From the NCBI GenBank assembly GCA_041617155.1, contig JBFJPL010000007.1:107-64106 (forward strand): a DNA stretch of 64,000 nucleotides, in the 5' to 3' direction. The stretch comes from Kiloniellales bacterium. Lineage in GTDB: Bacteria > Pseudomonadota > Alphaproteobacteria > Kiloniellales > JAKSDN01. Every line of letters starts with the position of its first letter. Position 1 is the first letter of the stretch. A model generated the notes under the pieces. It was given only the letters and a program-made list of their open reading frames with translations. It did no database searches and was not told where the DNA came from. Of the stretch, positions 26,672-36,555 are shown piece by piece. A program made the position numbers and the translations under genes.

Positions 26672-28716
26672 TAGACGGTGATCGGCCGAGTTGCCCGCTC
26701 GAGCCAACGGGCGGTGTCGCCATCGACTTGCGGCAGCAGAGCTTCGCGCACGCGGGCATGATAGGCATCGAGCCAGGCGATCTCGTCTTGGGTCAGCAGT
26801 GACGGCTCCACCAGATTGAGGTCGATCGGCGCCAGGGTCAGGGTTTCGAAGGCCAGCATGGGGCGCTCGTCGCCCGGCTGCGCCGTGTCCTCGATAACCA
26901 TGACCAGGTTCTCGATCCGGATGCCGTAGGCGCCGGCCTTGTAATAGCCGGGCTCGTTGGACACGATCATGCCCGCTTCCAGCGCCACGTTGGATGGCAC
27001 CTTGGAGATGCGCTGCGGCCCCTCGTGGACACCGAGGAAGCTGCCGACCCCGTGGCCCGTGCCGTGGTCGTAGTCGAGTCCGACCCGCCACAGGGGCGCG
27101 CGCGCCAGTGTGTCCAGCTGACTGCCCGTCGTGCCGCCGGGAAACCGCGCCGTGGCGATCGCGATATGACCCTTGAGCACGCGGGTGAAGCGATCACGCA
27201 TCTCGGCGCTGGGCGACCCGATTGCGACGGTCCGGGTCACGTCCGTGGTCCCGTCCAGGTACTGGGCACCGGAATCCAATAGGTAGAGATCGCCGAGTGC
27301 AAGGCGGCGTTCGCTGGCCGGACTGGCGCGGTAGTGCACGATGGCACCGTTTGCCCCGGCGCCGGAGATCGTATCGAACGAAAGATCGCGGAAATGGTCG
27401 TTCTTGCGCCGCAGGTTGTGGAGGTGCTCCGCCATCTCCAGTTCGCCCAGACCCTCACCGTTGGCCGCGCGCGCCGGCGCCTCGGACGACAGCCAGGCGA
27501 GGAAGCGGCTGAGCGCCGCCCCGTCACGCCGGTGCGCGGCGCAAGCGCCCTCGATCTCCACCGGGTTCTTCCGAGCCTTGGCCGCCTGACAGGGATCGCC
27601 GTCCTTGACGATTTCGGCACCGGCGTTATCCAGGCGTTGAAACACCCAGGCGGCGGCGGTCGAGGGGTCCGCGAGGACCCGCTTGCCAGCGGCCCCGAGC
27701 CTGTCGAGCGCGTCGCCCAATTCATCGGGGTCGCGGATCGAAATGCCATTGCCGAGATGGGTCTGAAGGTCCGGTGTCAGCTTGCGCCGGTCGACGAACC
27801 ACTCGACCGTGGCATCGCCGTGCAGCACGGCAAAGGAAAGCGGCAGGGGTGTGTGCGGCACGTCGCCACCGCGCACATTAAGCAGCCAGGCAATCGAGTC
27901 CGGTAGGGTGATCACCCCGGCCTCGGCACCCTTCTTGGCAAGTGCTTCGGTCACCTCGGTGCGCTTTTCGGCCGACGGCTTGCCGGCGAAATCCAGCGGA
28001 TGTGCGACGATCGGTGCGATCGGCGGCGCCGGCTGGTCGGTCCACACCGCGTCGAGCGGGTTCTTCGCGCAGGGAACCAGCGTCCCGTCGGCCTTCTCCG
28101 CCGCGGCGCGGAGCGCCGCAAGTTGCGCCTCCGTATGCAGCCAGGGGTCGTAGCCCAGCTTGGCTCCGGCCGGCAGGTGCGCTTCGATCCAGGCGGTCGG
28201 CGGCTGGTCCATGAGATGCTGCGGGGTGAAGAGGTCGGTGTCGACCTCGCTCTGGACCTGCAGCGTGTAGCGACCATCGACGAACACGGCGGCCTTGTCC
28301 ATCAGCACCACGGCCATGCCGGCCGAGCCGGTAAATCCGGTCAGCCATTCCAGGCGCTCGGCGCGCCGCGGAATGTACTCGCCCTGATGTTCGTCGGCGT
28401 GGGGCACGGCGAAGCCGTTGATCGCCTGCCGCTTCAAGACCGCGCGCAAAGCCGCCAAGCGCGCTGAATGATTCGGTGATGGCGCTTGCCAAGCGTCGCG
28501 CAGCGCAGCCTTCAGGGCGCGAAGTTGCGTTTGCAGAGCTTCGGACGGGGACCCGGAGACCAAGCCGAGCCAGGCGTCCGGATCCTCGCCCTCGGGCGCG
28601 GCAAGGACTCCGGCCAGGAGGTCGCGTACGCCGGCCGTATCGAAACGGCTGCTCGATTTGGCCAACAGGCGATCGAGCACCTCATCTCCTTGAAATTTGT
28701 TGGATTTGGCCGACAA
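26671..28716 (-). CDS. pepP: Xaa-Pro aminopeptidase (M24B) with ~80-aa N-terminal extension
   Basis: DEHQGEY, LTGFTGSAG, DGRY, DSGAQYLDGTTDVTRT, HGTGHGVG, VHEGP, NEPGYY, GIRIEN. Confidence 0.92.
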   Translation of the reverse strand: MSAKSNKFQGDEVLDRLLAKSSSRFDTAGVRDLLAGVLAAPEGEDPDAWLGLVSGSPSEALQTQLRALKAALRDAWQAPSPNHSARLAALRAVLKRQAINGFAVPHADEHQGEYIPRRAERLEWLTGFTGSAGMAVVLMDKAAVFVDGRYTLQVQSEVDTDLFTPQHLMDQPPTAWIEAHLPAGAKLGYDPWLHTEAQLAALRAAAEKADGTLVPCAKNPLDAVWTDQPAPPIAPIVAHPLDFAGKPSAEKRTEVTEALAKKGAEAGVITLPDSIAWLLNVRGGDVPHTPLPLSFAVLHGDATVEWFVDRRKLTPDLQTHLGNGISIRDPDELGDALDRLGAAGKRVLADPSTAAAWVFQRLDNAGAEIVKDGDPCQAAKARKNPVEIEGACAAHRRDGAALSRFLAWLSSEAPARAANGEGLGELEMAEHLHNLRRKNDHFRDLSFDTISGAGANGAIVHYRASPASERRLALGDLYLLDSGAQYLDGTTDVTRTVAIGSPSAEMRDRFTRVLKGHIAIATARFPGGTTGSQLDTLARAPLWRVGLDYDHGTGHGVGSFLGVHEGPQRISKVPSNVALEAGMIVSNEPGYYKAGAYGIRIENLVMVIEDTAQPGDERPMLAFETLTLAPIDLNLVEPSLLTQDEIAWLDAYHARVREALLPQVDGDTARWLERATRPITV

Positions 28717-28782
28717 GCTGACCGACTTTCCTGCGGTTGAAACGGATCTGCAAGCTAAGCCCGGTCCGCCGTGGTGGCAAGA

Positions 28783-30115
28783 TCAAGGCTCCACGGGTGG
28801 CGTTTTGCGCCGCCGGCTGATCAGCCGTGCGCCCAGACCATAAGTGAAGTAGGCCCAGGCCCAGTTGAGGAACACCATCATCCGGGTCCGGAAGTCGATC
28901 AAGAAGAAGATGTGGACGAGGCCCCAGAACATCCAGGCGATCCAGCCGGTCAGCTTGATCCAATGAAGATTGGCCACCGCAGCGCCTCGGCCGATGGTTG
29001 CCAGCATACCCTCGTCGCGGTAGCGGAACGGCAGCGGTGCGGCCTTGCCGGCCAGCCGCCGGCCGATCGCCCGCGCGACATAGGCGCCCTGCTGCTTGGC
29101 GACCGGCGCCACCGCGGGTAGGGGCGAGTCCCCCGATGGCGCGCAGTGGGCCGCATCGCCAATGACAAAGACCTCGGGATGCCCCGGAACGGTGAGATCC
29201 TGGCCGATCTCGACCCGCCCTGACCGGTCGACCGCGGGCCCGAACAAGCCGACGAGCGCCTCCGCCTTGGTCCCCGCAGCCCAGAGAACCGTGGCCGCCG
29301 GTATCACCTCCCGATCCGCGCCGACCACGACCGCATCGGACCGGATATCCTGGACCGGCGTTTCCAGGCGCACCGTCACGCCTTTCGCGGTCAAGGCCCG
29401 ATAGGCGAAATCGGTGAGACGGTCCGAGAAACCGGCCAGCAGGTTCGGGCCGGCCTCCAGCAGGACGATTTCGGCCTCGCCCGGAACGATGCGGCGGAAA
29501 TCCCGGGCCAGCGCGCTCTTGGCCAGCTCGGCGATGGCGCCGGCCAAGTTCCACACCGGTCGGCCCGCCGCCGACGATCACGAAAGTCATGAGCCGCCGC
29601 CGCGCCGCCTCGTCAGAAGTCATCTCGGCCTGCTCGAAAGCCAACAGAATCCGCTCGCGCATGTCCAGGGCGTCTTCCAGGGTCTTTAGGCAGAGCGTCC
29701 GCTTGCGCCACTCGTCGTGCCCGAAATAGGCGTATTGTGAACCGGTCGCGAGCACCAGGAAGTCGTAGCCATAGCGACCGGCCGGAGAGATGACCGACTT
29801 GCCGGCGAGATCCAGGCCGGTGATTTCGTCCATCAGGACCGAAACGTTGGGACGGTCGCGGAACAGCGAACGGATCGGCACGGCGACGTCGGCCGGCGAG
29901 ACCGCCGCTGTCGCCACCTGGTAGAGCAGCGGCTGAAACAGGTGATGGTTCTGGCGGTCGACGATCGTGATCCGGACCGGCGCCTTTTTGAGGCCGCGAG
30001 CCACCGAGACGCCGCCAAAGCCGGCCCCGACCACCACCACATGCGGTGCCGCCTGTTCCGGAAGCCGGTCACCGGCGCCCGACCTTTGGTCCTGCGGATG
30101 CGCCTTGCCGCTCAT
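28783..30115 (-). pseudogene. ndh: Type II NADH dehydrogenase (NDH-2), split by a single-base frameshift near 29547-29550 (pseudogene or sequencing error)
   Basis: N-half has GAGFGG, FQPLLYQVAT, GGGPTGVE; C-half in another frame has LAGAIAEL, WAAG, FVIGD, AKQQG, ATIGR. Confidence 0.85.
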
Positions 30116-30227
30116 GTGCCCTTCGCCTCCCGGTCACGCATTTATCACAGGATTCTCAGCAAGGCGAGATAACCAGATCCTATTGAAGCTGACTGGCTTT
30201 CACTCTGGAGCCATGCCCGAAATGCAA

Positions 30228-30311
30228 TGCTGCGCCGCAAAAATGACCCAAGCAATCTAACGGCTTTGATCCCAGATTTCCCGCACGAACAACCACTGTT
30301 GCAGTGCAGCA
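30228..30311. promoter_or_regulatory. Two TGC-N3-GCA palindromes (PhaR-like boxes) in the ndh/DUF1127 divergent intergenic region
   Basis: TGCTGCGCCGCAA at 30228-30240 and TGTTGCAGTGCAGCA at 30297-30311. Confidence 0.45.
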
Positions 30312-30372
30312 TTAGTTGCGAAAGCTAGCGGAACTTAAGAACCAAGAGCGAAAATCGAAAGGAGTTCGAAAA

Positions 30373-31311
30373 ATGGCCCGTTTGACTGACCGCGAGCTGG
30401 GTGTGATCCAGCAGGCCCGCGGCGCCAGCTGGCGCGAGTGGCGCGCCCTAGATACCCTCCTCCTGGAGGCGCGACGCAACCGGTCGGAATTGCTCGCGCG
30501 GATGTTTGTCCGCGGAGCGAAGGGTTTTGTTCGCCTGACCGGCCTGAGTGCCGTGACCCGTCTGGTCGCGGACCGTGTCGTTCACCCTATGCGGAAATGG
30601 GCCATGCATCGCCGTACCATCGCCGAATTGCGGCAGCTTGACGACCATCTTTTGCTCGACATCGGGCTGTGCCGTGGTGACCTGAACCATTTCACCGAGC
30701 AATTGATCGATGCCAAGATGCCGGCGCCCCGCAAGGGCATGCTGAGCGGGTTGCGTCGTGCGTTGCAGCGCCGGACCGCAATCCGCCAGCTTGATGCACT
30801 CGACGACCGCCTATTGGCCGATATCGGTCTGGTGCGCGGCGATATCCCACGCGTTGTCGACGGATTGCTGCCGGCGCCAGGCAGATCGGCCGGCTTTCCG
30901 GCCCTGGCGGCCGTGACGTGGCTCGCGGGGAAGTTAGCGGCAACTGCCGCGATCCTAGGAGCGGCGATCCGCCGCCGTCTGGAGCGACGCGCCACGATCC
31001 GCCAGCTCGAGGCCCTCAACGACCGTATGCTGGCCGATATCGGCCTGGTGCGCGGCGATATTCCAGGCTTCGTCGACGGCCAGCGGAACGACCGGTCCAC
31101 CGGGGCCGGACCGTTGACCTTGGAGCAGACGAACTATTGGGATTCGGTTGTGCGCGCCTTGCGCCAATGGGATCTGAGCCGCCAGGCCGCCAATCAGATG
31201 GCCCGGTTCAAGGCCGACACCCTGCACGACCTCGGTTACGTCAAAGGCGACGTGGACTGGGTGCCCGAGGTAATGGCCCGGCGCAAGCTGGACAACCAAA
31301 GGGCGGCTTGA
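30373..31311 (+). CDS. Protein with four tandem DUF1127 (YjiS-like) repeats
   Basis: Three RRxxIxxLxxLDDxLLxDIGLxRGD units plus a fourth degenerate one (TLHDLGYVKGDV); AAAGGAG RBS. Confidence 0.85.
   Translation: MARLTDRELGVIQQARGASWREWRALDTLLLEARRNRSELLARMFVRGAKGFVRLTGLSAVTRLVADRVVHPMRKWAMHRRTIAELRQLDDHLLLDIGLCRGDLNHFTEQLIDAKMPAPRKGMLSGLRRALQRRTAIRQLDALDDRLLADIGLVRGDIPRVVDGLLPAPGRSAGFPALAAVTWLAGKLAATAAILGAAIRRRLERRATIRQLEALNDRMLADIGLVRGDIPGFVDGQRNDRSTGAGPLTLEQTNYWDSVVRALRQWDLSRQAANQMARFKADTLHDLGYVKGDVDWVPEVMARRKLDNQRAA
30781..31065 (+). repeat. Intragenic direct repeat (DUF1127 units 2 and 3, 216-nt offset)
   Basis: tggccgatatcggYctggtgcgcggcgatatYcca at 30815 and 31031; atccgccagct at 30781 and 30997. 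Confidence 0.8.
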
Positions 31312-31417
31312 CGGCAGATTTATGCTGCTTTTGGTTTAGGTTTGCCATTGATATGCGCACGACGATTGCAGTAAGCTAAAGACTTATTGTCCACTGTCTC
31401 TCCATGTGCGGCGGCTT

Positions 31418-32323
31418 CTAGGATGGAAGTCGCCGCGCTTTTCTTGAGCGCTCCAACAAGAGGGTCGACCACTCGCCGATGGGCAGCCGCGCGACCAGGC
31501 GCAGTCCATGGAGGCGATGAGGCACAAGCACAAGCCGCTCCTGGCGTGCCAGCAAGCCCGATAGAACCGCCAGTCCGCCGGGAGCGAGGTTCCGCGCCAG
31601 CCCCGTGGCCATGGTCGCCAGTGGCTCCGCCAAGATGTTCGCCACGATCAGATCGTAAGGCCCGCTCTGGGCCAGAACGGCACTGCGGTAACCGTCGCTG
31701 GCGACCGGGCGAACCCGCGCCGCTACGCCGTTGAGCCTGGCGTTGGTGCGGGCCACCGCCAGCGCGGTCCGATCGTTGTCGGCGGCCACGACTGAGACCG
31801 GCCAGAGCTTCGCCATGGCGATCGCCAACACGCCCGAGCCGCACCCCAGGTCGAGCGGCCGCTTGAACCGGCGGCGCTTGGCCATTTCCGACAGGACCAG
31901 AAGGCAGCCCCGCGTGCTCTCGTGCCGGCCCGTGCCAAAGGCGGCGTTGGCATCGATCAGGATCGGGATGCTGGCGGCCGGCGTCACTTCGCTCACATGG
32001 GACCCATAAATGTAGAAGCGCCCGGCGCGAATCGGCGGCAGAGCCTTCTGGCTCTCGGCCACCCAGTCGACGTCCGGCAGCGCTTCGATCCGAAAATCGG
32101 GCAGGTCGACGCCGGCCGCGGCCGCCGCCGACGTCAAAAGTGTTGTCACATCAGGCTTTTTCGGCCGGGCCGCCAAGTAGACCGTGATGGGGACCATGCC
32201 CGCTTCGGGTCCGTCGATGACCAGGGCGCCGCCAAGTGTCTCCAAAGCCACTTCGAAGAACGGCAGCGCCGGGGGCGGCACCGCGAGAGCGAGGGTCCAG
32301 CCCGAACCGTTGGCCTTGCCCAA
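31418..32323 (-). CDS. prmA: Ribosomal protein L11 methyltransferase
   Basis: DWVAES, AFGTGRHEST, LDLGCGSGVLAIA, ANILA, VLSGLL. Confidence 0.92.
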   Translation of the reverse strand: MGKANGSGWTLALAVPPPALPFFEVALETLGGALVIDGPEAGMVPITVYLAARPKKPDVTTLLTSAAAAAGVDLPDFRIEALPDVDWVAESQKALPPIRAGRFYIYGSHVSEVTPAASIPILIDANAAFGTGRHESTRGCLLVLSEMAKRRRFKRPLDLGCGSGVLAIAMAKLWPVSVVAADNDRTALAVARTNARLNGVAARVRPVASDGYRSAVLAQSGPYDLIVANILAEPLATMATGLARNLAPGGLAVLSGLLARQERLVLVPHRLHGLRLVARLPIGEWSTLLLERSRKARRLPS

Positions 32324-32327
32324 ATCG

Positions 32328-34604
32328 TCAGCCAGCCTGGTCTTCGGGTACCACGAAGCTGGCGATCACTTTCTTTTCGCCGGCCTTGTCGAAGCCGATG
32401 GTCAGCCGGTCGCCCTCCGCCAGGCGGACCGTGCCGTAGCCGAACTTTCGGTGGAACACCCTGGACCCGACGACAAAGCCATCGGCCGGCCGGCTTTCCA
32501 CCAGGGTCGGCACCACGTCGATAAAACGGCTGCTCTGCCCGGACCGCTGTCGCGCCCGTGTCATGCCCGGACTGGTGCGACGTTCGTCCCAGCCGGTGAA
32601 GTTCGTGTCGCCCAGGCCGCCTGATTGACCGCCATAGAGCCCGGGATCGCTCTCCCGCTCGACCTGATCGGCCGGCAGTTCGTCGACAAAGCGCGAGGGG
32701 ATCGCCACGCTCCACGACCCGTGTATCCGTCGGTTGGCGGCAAAGCTGATGATCGCGCGCTGCCGGGCCCGGGTCAGGCCGACATAGGCCAAGCGCCGTT
32801 CCTCCTCCAGGCCGCGCACACCACCCTGGTCGAGCGCTCGCTGGTTGGGGAACAAGCCCTCTTCCCAGCCCGGCAGGAAAACGGTTTCGAACTCGAGACC
32901 TTTGGCCGCGTGCAGGGTCATGAGGTTGACCTGATCCTGGCCCTGGTCGCTGATCGCCTCCATGACCAGGCTGACGTGTTCCAGAAAGCCAGCCAGGCTC
33001 TCGAATTCCTCGAGGGCGCCGAGCAGTTCCTTGAGGTTTTCCAGGCGTCCCGGCGCCTCGATGGTTTTGTCGTTCTGCCACATTGCGGTGTAACCGGACT
33101 CGTCCAGCACGGCTTCGGCCAAAGCCACGTGATGCATTTCCTTGGCCATCTCGCGCCAGCGGTCGAAATCCGCCAGCAGGTCGGCCAGCGCACGACGGGC
33201 GGGCGGGCGCAGCTCGTCGGTTTCGACCAATTCTCGCGCCGCCTGAACCAGCGAGATTTCGCGTGCCCGGCCGTGGCCGTGGAGCAGGCGCAGAGTCGCA
33301 TCGCCCAAGCCGCGGCGCGGCTTGTTGAGAATGCGCTCGAACGCCAGGCCGTCGTCCGGCTGGTGGATCACCCGCAGGTAGGCCAGCGCATCGCGGATCT
33401 CCAGGCGCTCGTAGAAGCGCGGGCCGCCGACCACCCGGTAGGGCAGGCCGAGCGTGATGAAACGCTCCTCGAACTCTCGGGTCTGAGAGCCGGCACGCAC
33501 CAGGATCGCGACCTGAGATAGCCTGTGGTCCTTGCGCTGCAGGCTTTCGATTTCCTCGCCGACAAAGCGGGCCTCGGCCTCGCCGTCCCACAGGCCGCGC
33601 AGGCGAATCGTCTCACCCTCGGCGTCCTCGGTCCAAAGAGTCTTGCCGAGCCGTCCCTCGTTGTGGGTGATCAAACCCGACGCCGCGGCGAGGATGCGGC
33701 CGGTCGAGCGGTAGTTGCGCTCGAGCCGGATGACGCGGGCACCGGGCATGTCCTTCTCAAATCGCAGAATGTTGCCGACCTCGGCACCGCGCCAGCCATA
33801 GATCGACTGGTCGTCATCGCCCACGCAACAGAGGTTCTGATGGCCCTGGGCCAACAGGCGCAGCCAAAGGTACTGAACCACGTTGGTGTCCTGGTATTCG
33901 TCGACCAGGATATAGCGGAAACGGCGGTGCGCCTTCTCCAGCACCTCCGGATGGTTCTGCAGCAGGCCGAGGCTGTGCAGCATCAGATCGCCGAAATCGC
34001 AGGCATTGAGGGTCTTGAGACGCTCTTGATAGGCCGCGTAGAGTGCCACCGCGCGGCCCCCGGCCAGATCGCCCGAATCGCCCGCCGAGACCTTGTCGGG
34101 CGTCAGGGCCCGGTCTTTCCAACGCTCGATGGCGCCGAGCACGGCACGCGCCGGCCATTTCTTGTTGTCGATCCCCTCGGCTTCCAGGAGCTGCTTGACC
34201 AGGCGCAGTTGGTCGTCGGTGTCGAGGATCGTGAAATTGGGCCGCAGGCCCACCAGTTCGGCGTCCTCACGCAGCATGCGCGCCGCCAGGGAATGGAAGG
34301 TCCCGAGCCACCAGCCCTCGACCGGCCGGCCGACCAGGGCTGCGACCCGATCTTTCATCTCGCGCGCCGCCTTATTGGTAAAGGTCACCGCCAGCACCTG
34401 ACCCGGCTGTGCGCGTCCGGTCATCAGCAAGTGCGCCAGGCGTGTGGTCAAGACCCGGGTCTTGCCGGTGCCGGCTCCAGCCAGCACCAACACCGGACCG
34501 TCGAGCGCATCGACGGCCGCGCGCTGCGCCTCGTTGAGCGCCGCAAGATAGGGGTAGCGGAGGTCTTCCGCGCTGATGCCGGCCGGCTGGGACATGATGG
34601 TCAC
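32328..34604 (-). CDS. uvrD: ATP-dependent DNA helicase UvrD/PcrA
   Basis: AGAGTGKT, TFTNKAA, DEYQD, GDDDQSIY, NYRS, TLHAAKGLE, EERRLAYV; C-terminal Tudor-like HRKFGYG. Confidence 0.95.
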   Translation of the reverse strand: MTIMSQPAGISAEDLRYPYLAALNEAQRAAVDALDGPVLVLAGAGTGKTRVLTTRLAHLLMTGRAQPGQVLAVTFTNKAAREMKDRVAALVGRPVEGWWLGTFHSLAARMLREDAELVGLRPNFTILDTDDQLRLVKQLLEAEGIDNKKWPARAVLGAIERWKDRALTPDKVSAGDSGDLAGGRAVALYAAYQERLKTLNACDFGDLMLHSLGLLQNHPEVLEKAHRRFRYILVDEYQDTNVVQYLWLRLLAQGHQNLCCVGDDDQSIYGWRGAEVGNILRFEKDMPGARVIRLERNYRSTGRILAAASGLITHNEGRLGKTLWTEDAEGETIRLRGLWDGEAEARFVGEEIESLQRKDHRLSQVAILVRAGSQTREFEERFITLGLPYRVVGGPRFYERLEIRDALAYLRVIHQPDDGLAFERILNKPRRGLGDATLRLLHGHGRAREISLVQAARELVETDELRPPARRALADLLADFDRWREMAKEMHHVALAEAVLDESGYTAMWQNDKTIEAPGRLENLKELLGALEEFESLAGFLEHVSLVMEAISDQGQDQVNLMTLHAAKGLEFETVFLPGWEEGLFPNQRALDQGGVRGLEEERRLAYVGLTRARQRAIISFAANRRIHGSWSVAIPSRFVDELPADQVERESDPGLYGGQSGGLGDTNFTGWDERRTSPGMTRARQRSGQSSRFIDVVPTLVESRPADGFVVGSRVFHRKFGYGTVRLAEGDRLTIGFDKAGEKKVIASFVVPEDQAG

Positions 34605-34724
34605 CGTTATACCTCAGCGATCGCGATTCGCTGAGCGCTTATGCGGGCGAATTCTGGACAAACTTGACCGCGCGGTCCCTAGCCGTTCATCTAAGGAGGC
34701 GCGCCAAACCCGAGGGATTTCGCC

Positions 34725-35867
34725 ATGACCCGCCAAACCGAACGACTGCCGCTGCCGGGCCAGACACCGGGCAGCCAGCGTAGCCTTACGGTCCACCGCT
34801 ACGGCGCGCGCAGCACGCGCCCGAAGGCCTATCTGCAAGCCTCGCTGCATGCCGACGAGATCCCCGGCCTGCTGGTCCAGCACCACCTGACTGGTCTCTT
34901 GGACAGAGCCGCCGCCGACGGTGCCATCAGGGGCGAGATCGTCGTCGTGCCCTACGCTAACCCGATTGGCCTGGCCCAGTCGGTCAACGCCAGCCACCTG
35001 GGTCGGCACGAGCTGGGCGGTGCCGGCAACTTCAACCGCAACTGGCCAGACCTGTTCGAGGCGACGGCCGAAAAAGTCGCGGGGCGATTGGGCGCCGACC
35101 CGGACCGCAACATCGCCCTGATCCGTGCGACAATGTCGGAGATCCTGGAGCAAATGAAGCCGAGAACGGAGCTGGATGGCCTGCGCCTGCTTCTGGCTCG
35201 CGAAGCCATAGATGCCGATCTGGTGCTGGATCTTCATTGCGACGATGACGCTCTGATGCACCTCTTCACGCTCCCGGCGCATTGGCCGGCGGCCAAGGTT
35301 CTGGCAGCTGAACTGCAGAGCCAGGCGACGCTGCTGGCCGATCCCTCGGGCGGCGACCCCTTTGACGAGGCCTTTTCCTCGCCCTGGACCCGGCTTGCCG
35401 AACGCTTTCCCGAGCATCCGATCCCACCGGCCTGCTTTTCGGCCACGGTCGAGCTGCGCGGCCGGGCGGACGTATCCGACGAATTGGCCGGAGCCGACGC
35501 CGCTGCCCTCTTGCGGGTTATGCAACGGCGCGGGCTGGTCGCCGGCGATCCCGGTCCCCTGCCCGAGCTACCGGCGGAGGCGACGCCGCTGGACGCCGTC
35601 GACACGGTGCGGGCGCCCGCATCCGGCGTGCTCAGCTACCGCGCCGAACTGGGTCAAAGGGTCAAGCGAGGCGAGGTGATCGCCGACCTGATCGACCCGG
35701 CCGCCGGGCAACCCTCCAAGGCCCGCCAGGTGATCGTCAGCCGCACGGATGGACTGATGCTGAGCCGGCGCATACACAAGTATGTCCTGCCGGGAATGAC
35801 CGTCGCCAAAGTGGTCGGAACCGAACCGCTGCCGAGCCGCACCGGTGGCTATCTGATGGAAGACTGA
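34725..35867 (+). CDS. Succinylglutamate desuccinylase/aspartoacylase (M14) family protein
   Basis: LHADE (HxxE), ANPIG, NFNR, LDLH, TVELRG; C-terminal biotinyl-like hairpin. Confidence 0.85.
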   Translation: MTRQTERLPLPGQTPGSQRSLTVHRYGARSTRPKAYLQASLHADEIPGLLVQHHLTGLLDRAAADGAIRGEIVVVPYANPIGLAQSVNASHLGRHELGGAGNFNRNWPDLFEATAEKVAGRLGADPDRNIALIRATMSEILEQMKPRTELDGLRLLLAREAIDADLVLDLHCDDDALMHLFTLPAHWPAAKVLAAELQSQATLLADPSGGDPFDEAFSSPWTRLAERFPEHPIPPACFSATVELRGRADVSDELAGADAAALLRVMQRRGLVAGDPGPLPELPAEATPLDAVDTVRAPASGVLSYRAELGQRVKRGEVIADLIDPAAGQPSKARQVIVSRTDGLMLSRRIHKYVLPGMTVAKVVGTEPLPSRTGGYLMED

Positions 35868-35877
35868 CGGGGCCGTT

Positions 35878-36555
35878 TCAACGGTCGCAAAATGTCGCCT
35901 CTGCCGACGACATGCGGTCGCAGAGAGCGCCGCGGCTGTCAACGTAAAGCAGGCCGCCTTTGGTTCCGGCGCGGACCACGTTGTGATAGCGATGGAGCTG
36001 CCCGGATTCCTTCACGACTCGGACGCAGTAGGGACCCTGCCGCTGGTCCTCGGGGCAGAGATCGTTCTTGCCGGCGTGCTCCCAAGCTTCCCGGTCGAAT
36101 CGGAAGCCGCCGTCGGCATCGAAGGAGTAGCTCCAAGAAGCGTTCGGCACCTCGACTTCGATCTTGCCGGGCCGCCACCTGGAGATAGGCTCGAAGCGGT
36201 CATCATAGGCCAGGTAGGAATCGGCGACCCAGCCCTTCTTGACCAGAGTCTCGCAGTATGGACTGGTGTCCTGGCGATCCGGGCAATAGTCCGCCTGGAC
36301 ATAGATCCAGCGATCCTGGCGACCGCCGATCAACGACGTCTGCTTGGCCCGCTTGAGGATGATGACCTCGGTTAGAATACCGAGCCGAGCAACGGCCCGG
36401 GCGCCCGCACTCGGTTTCGCACGCAGAGTCAGACCGTCAATCGCGGTGATCGCCCTTGGCAGTTCGGCCTTCGCCACCGGGGCTAAGATGGCCGCCAAGG
36501 CGGCAAGCAAGATCGTGAAACAAACTGCACGCGTTTCGGGTGTTCGCCAGGACAT
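35878..36555 (-). CDS. Secreted bacterial SH3 (SH3b)-domain protein with Cys-paired loops
   Basis: Signal peptide ending AKA, GLTLRAKPS...WIYV...GWVADSYL SH3b pattern; six Cys. Confidence 0.7.
   Translation of the reverse strand: MSWRTPETRAVCFTILLAALAAILAPVAKAELPRAITAIDGLTLRAKPSAGARAVARLGILTEVIILKRAKQTSLIGGRQDRWIYVQADYCPDRQDTSPYCETLVKKGWVADSYLAYDDRFEPISRWRPGKIEVEVPNASWSYSFDADGGFRFDREAWEHAGKNDLCPEDQRQGPYCVRVVKESGQLHRYHNVVRAGTKGGLLYVDSRGALCDRMSSAEATFCDR

Noticed and set aside
29540-29556. Programmed ribosomal frameshift in ndh
   Set aside because: No slippery heptamer or homopolymer run at the site
31312-31417. Possible cuckoo (CCUCCUCCC) sRNA array after the DUF1127 gene
   Set aside because: No such motifs or repeated hairpins downstream
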